Assembly (NCBI RefSeq): GCF_006345805.1
Contig: NW_021827395.1
Location: forward strand, 1 to 10,441
Source of the DNA: Octopus sinensis
Lineage: Eukaryota
Length of the DNA: 10,441 nt
Direction of reading: 5' to 3'
Part shown: one piece after another, positions 7,960 to 10,441 of the stretch
Layout of the letters: each line of letters begins with the position of its first letter
Numbering within the stretch: position 1 is the stretch's first letter
Notes under the pieces: generated by a model
Databases searched by the model: none
Told to the model about the DNA's origin: nothing
Seen by the model: the letters and a program-made list of their open reading frames with translations, nothing else
Position numbers and translations under genes: made by a program

Positions 7960-8018
<59 letters not shown>

Positions 8019-8030
8019 AATCTATATATA

Positions 8031-8075
<45 letters not shown>

Positions 8076-8217
8076 TATACATATATATATATATATATAT
8101 ATTATATAGATATATATATATATAATATATATAATATATAATATATATATACATATCATATGTATATTGTTTATGAATTATAAGTAGATAGATAGATAGA
8201 ATAGATAGATAGATGGA

Positions 8218-8303
<86 letters not shown>

Positions 8304-8370
8304 GATAGATTGATAGATAAATGGATACATACATACACACATACATACATACATACATACATACATACAT
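7876..8370. repeat. Inverted compound microsatellite (ATGT)n-(ATCT)n-(AT)n-(AGAT)n-(ACAT)n
   Basis: The arms are reverse complements, including a 31-nt junction with non-repetitive interruptions (7940-7970 = reverse complement of 8300-8330). Confidence 0.9.
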
Positions 8371-8979
8371 AATTCGCATAAACATATCTTTGCCCTGATT
8401 CGGTTTGCTGTTTGACAGTTTGTTCATAAAAATTAAATTGCAGACATTTTTCACTTGTAACTTTTCAGTTTAATAATCGATATCCAACGACATTAATGTT
8501 AAATATTTCAGATTTGGCAGAATCAGTAAAGAATTAAAATGAAACTGGAACGCCATTTAGAGACACACGGACAGACAGACACAAACAGAACTAAAAAAAA
8601 AAAAACAATACGATTGATCGAATGAAGAAAAAATCTGTTATGACATATAAAACGAGATGAAGAAAGTTGTTAGAAAATTGTATAAGGCAACATACTGACA
8701 TCAGCTTTAAAAAAAAATGTTCAATAAAGACACAGAAGTACATTAAGCAATTAAGCATCAGATCACGTGACTGGAACAAAGTAGATGATAATTACAAACG
8801 CTTTTAGCTATGAACTTTTGAGAAACTGGTTAAACGATTCTATTCTTCACTTACCTACATAAATGCCTACACACAAAGATATATATACATATATGCTTTG
8901 ATATGGAATAAAAGTACATGTGTGTGTAGAGACATACATATGTACAAGCATGTATATATGTATGTAGATATATTGTTTT

Positions 8980-9008
8980 GTTTCAGTCATTTGACTGTGG
9001 CTATGCTG
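8980..9008 (-). mobile_element. Short 3' fragment of family B SINE
   Basis: GTTTCAGTCATTTGACTGTGGCTATGCTG matches 2939-2967 at 28/29. Confidence 0.8.
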
Positions 9009-9074
9009 TAAGATGTAAGATACCTGCTCGGATTAAAAAAATCCTCATCATATACACACACAACACACACACAC

Positions 9075-9150
<76 letters not shown>

Positions 9151-9154
<4 letters not shown>

Positions 9155-9356
9155 ATCCAAACATGAAAACACAAGAGAAAATACAACAACGCGAGGATGT
9201 GGAAACAGTATAGTATTTATTGGAAGCTCAGGAAGGAAAGAAAGGAGGATTTAACGTTTCGAGTGTAGCTTCGTCAGAAACATAGGAAAAGGAAAGATCC
9301 AAAGAAGGGAAGACGGAGGAAAAAAAAATCGCCAACGGTACACACGCGGTCACATG

Positions 9357-9357
<1 letters not shown>
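9151..9357 (-). mobile_element. Penelope-like terminal repeat fragment between (TA)n tracts with a degenerate minimal hammerhead
   Basis: Minus strand: guuu CUGACGA agcuacacuc GAAA cguu aaau (9281-9249), then AATAAA (9221-9216), then (TA)n. Confidence 0.55.
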
Positions 9358-9397
<40 letters not shown>

Positions 9398-9686
9398 GTT
9401 CCATGCATACATACATATGTATGCACGCACACACTCACACACACATGTATTTGCATATGTATGTGTGTGTGTGTGTGTGTATGAGACTTTATAAAGAAGA
9501 ATTGACAATTATACATCCTCAGAAACTTATTTATTACAGTATTATACAAAATCTCGAGTGAAATAGCGTGATATCGTTTACCTTAAACAATTTCCTGTCT
9601 TCCATATCATTCGATGTGGTCTGCCAGAACGTGGATGCTATCGGAGCACTTGTAAAATAACTGCTCGGATTGAAAGTTCTCATATA

Positions 9687-9725
<39 letters not shown>

Positions 9726-10240
9726 GATAGATATATATTGGGTCATCCCATAAATAATGCGGATTTATATACTTTTATTTTTCAAAATTATATATATATG
9801 CATATGTATATATATAGATAATATATATATCTATGTATGTACATATACATATTGTGTGTGTGGTGTGTGTGTGAAAATCCACACACTATCAAACACTCAC
9901 ACAAATAAATAGTTGCAAATACGTCTCCACAACAAATACAGCCGTGAAGGAAAGGTGTTATATTCTACCTGTCCACAATTATGAATATCAGGTTTACAAT
10001 AGAGTAAATATTTATATATAATCTAAACACAATCTCGATCATTAAATAAAGTAAAAAAATGTTACCATTTATCGACTTGAGTTAATAAAAGTTTGTTATG
10101 ATTTATTAAAAAAGGTGATATTTGAGAAGCCCCCTGGTGGTGTTGTGTTGTGGATCATATGACCGTGGCATCGATTTCTATACGTTATGTCGTTCAGTAT
10201 GGCTATTCATGAAACGTTGCTGCAGTCTAAAGAGCCGAAG

Positions 10241-10441
10241 AATAATTCTTTCTACTTAGAGTGTCAGCTTCAGGATCGTAGGATTGTGGTATCGATTCCT
10301 GGACCGGGCGCATTTATTTTTTTTACAGGTACAAGGCCTGAAATTTGGGGTAGGGTTGGGGGGGTGGGGGCTAGCCGATTACATCGACCCCAGTGCGTAA
10401 CTGGTACTTATTTCATCGGTCCCTAAAAGATGACAGACAAA
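10241..10441 (-). mobile_element. Family A SINE 3' part, cut by the window end and interrupted at 10257-10324
   Basis: Reverse complement reads GATGAAATAAGTACCAG..CTGGGGTCGATGTAATCGG..AAATTTCAGGCCTTGTACCTGT | AGTAGAAAGAATTATT, matching 1680-1790. Confidence 0.8.
10257..10311 (+). mobile_element. Isolated tRNA-like SINE head fragment
   Basis: GATCGTAGGATTGTGGTATCGATTCC aligns with GGTTGTAAGATCGCGGTTTCGATTCC of the 5733 SINE head, including the B-box-like motif. Confidence 0.6.

Noticed and set aside
7592-7960. 122-aa minus ORF crossing the palindrome
   Set aside because: It starts in microsatellite and has no recognisable domain or splice support.
7876-8370. CRISPR array or other prokaryotic system
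   Set aside because: No repeat-spacer periodicity; the context is eukaryotic and intron-containing.

Overview
AT-rich, microsatellite-dense eukaryotic DNA. The repeat families look like those of Octopus; this is inferred from recognition, not from a search. The left half holds the last coding exons of an intron-containing + strand gene: 441-492, 2540-2634 and 3604-4040 splice in frame through GT-AG junctions and encode a hydrophobic transmembrane segment, a basic cluster and a Ser/Thr-rich tail ending EEVVV. A possible alternative last exon starts at 4317. The rest is mostly tRNA-derived SINEs from at least three families, a decayed Tc1/mariner transposase C-terminus (7412-7589, minus), a possible decayed coding remnant (6118-6822, minus) and simple repeats. 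The most interesting signal is hammerhead-ribozyme motifs in three unrelated short minus-strand elements whose 3' ends abut (TA)n tracts. One has an essentially complete type I fold (3385-3446), one is a decayed Penelope-like minimal form (9250-9281) and one is a 3' half (7191-7213). There is also a cluster of fold-back structures at 7772-8370 and an intronic inverted SINE pair. Most ORFs in the supplied track are microsatellite artefacts.
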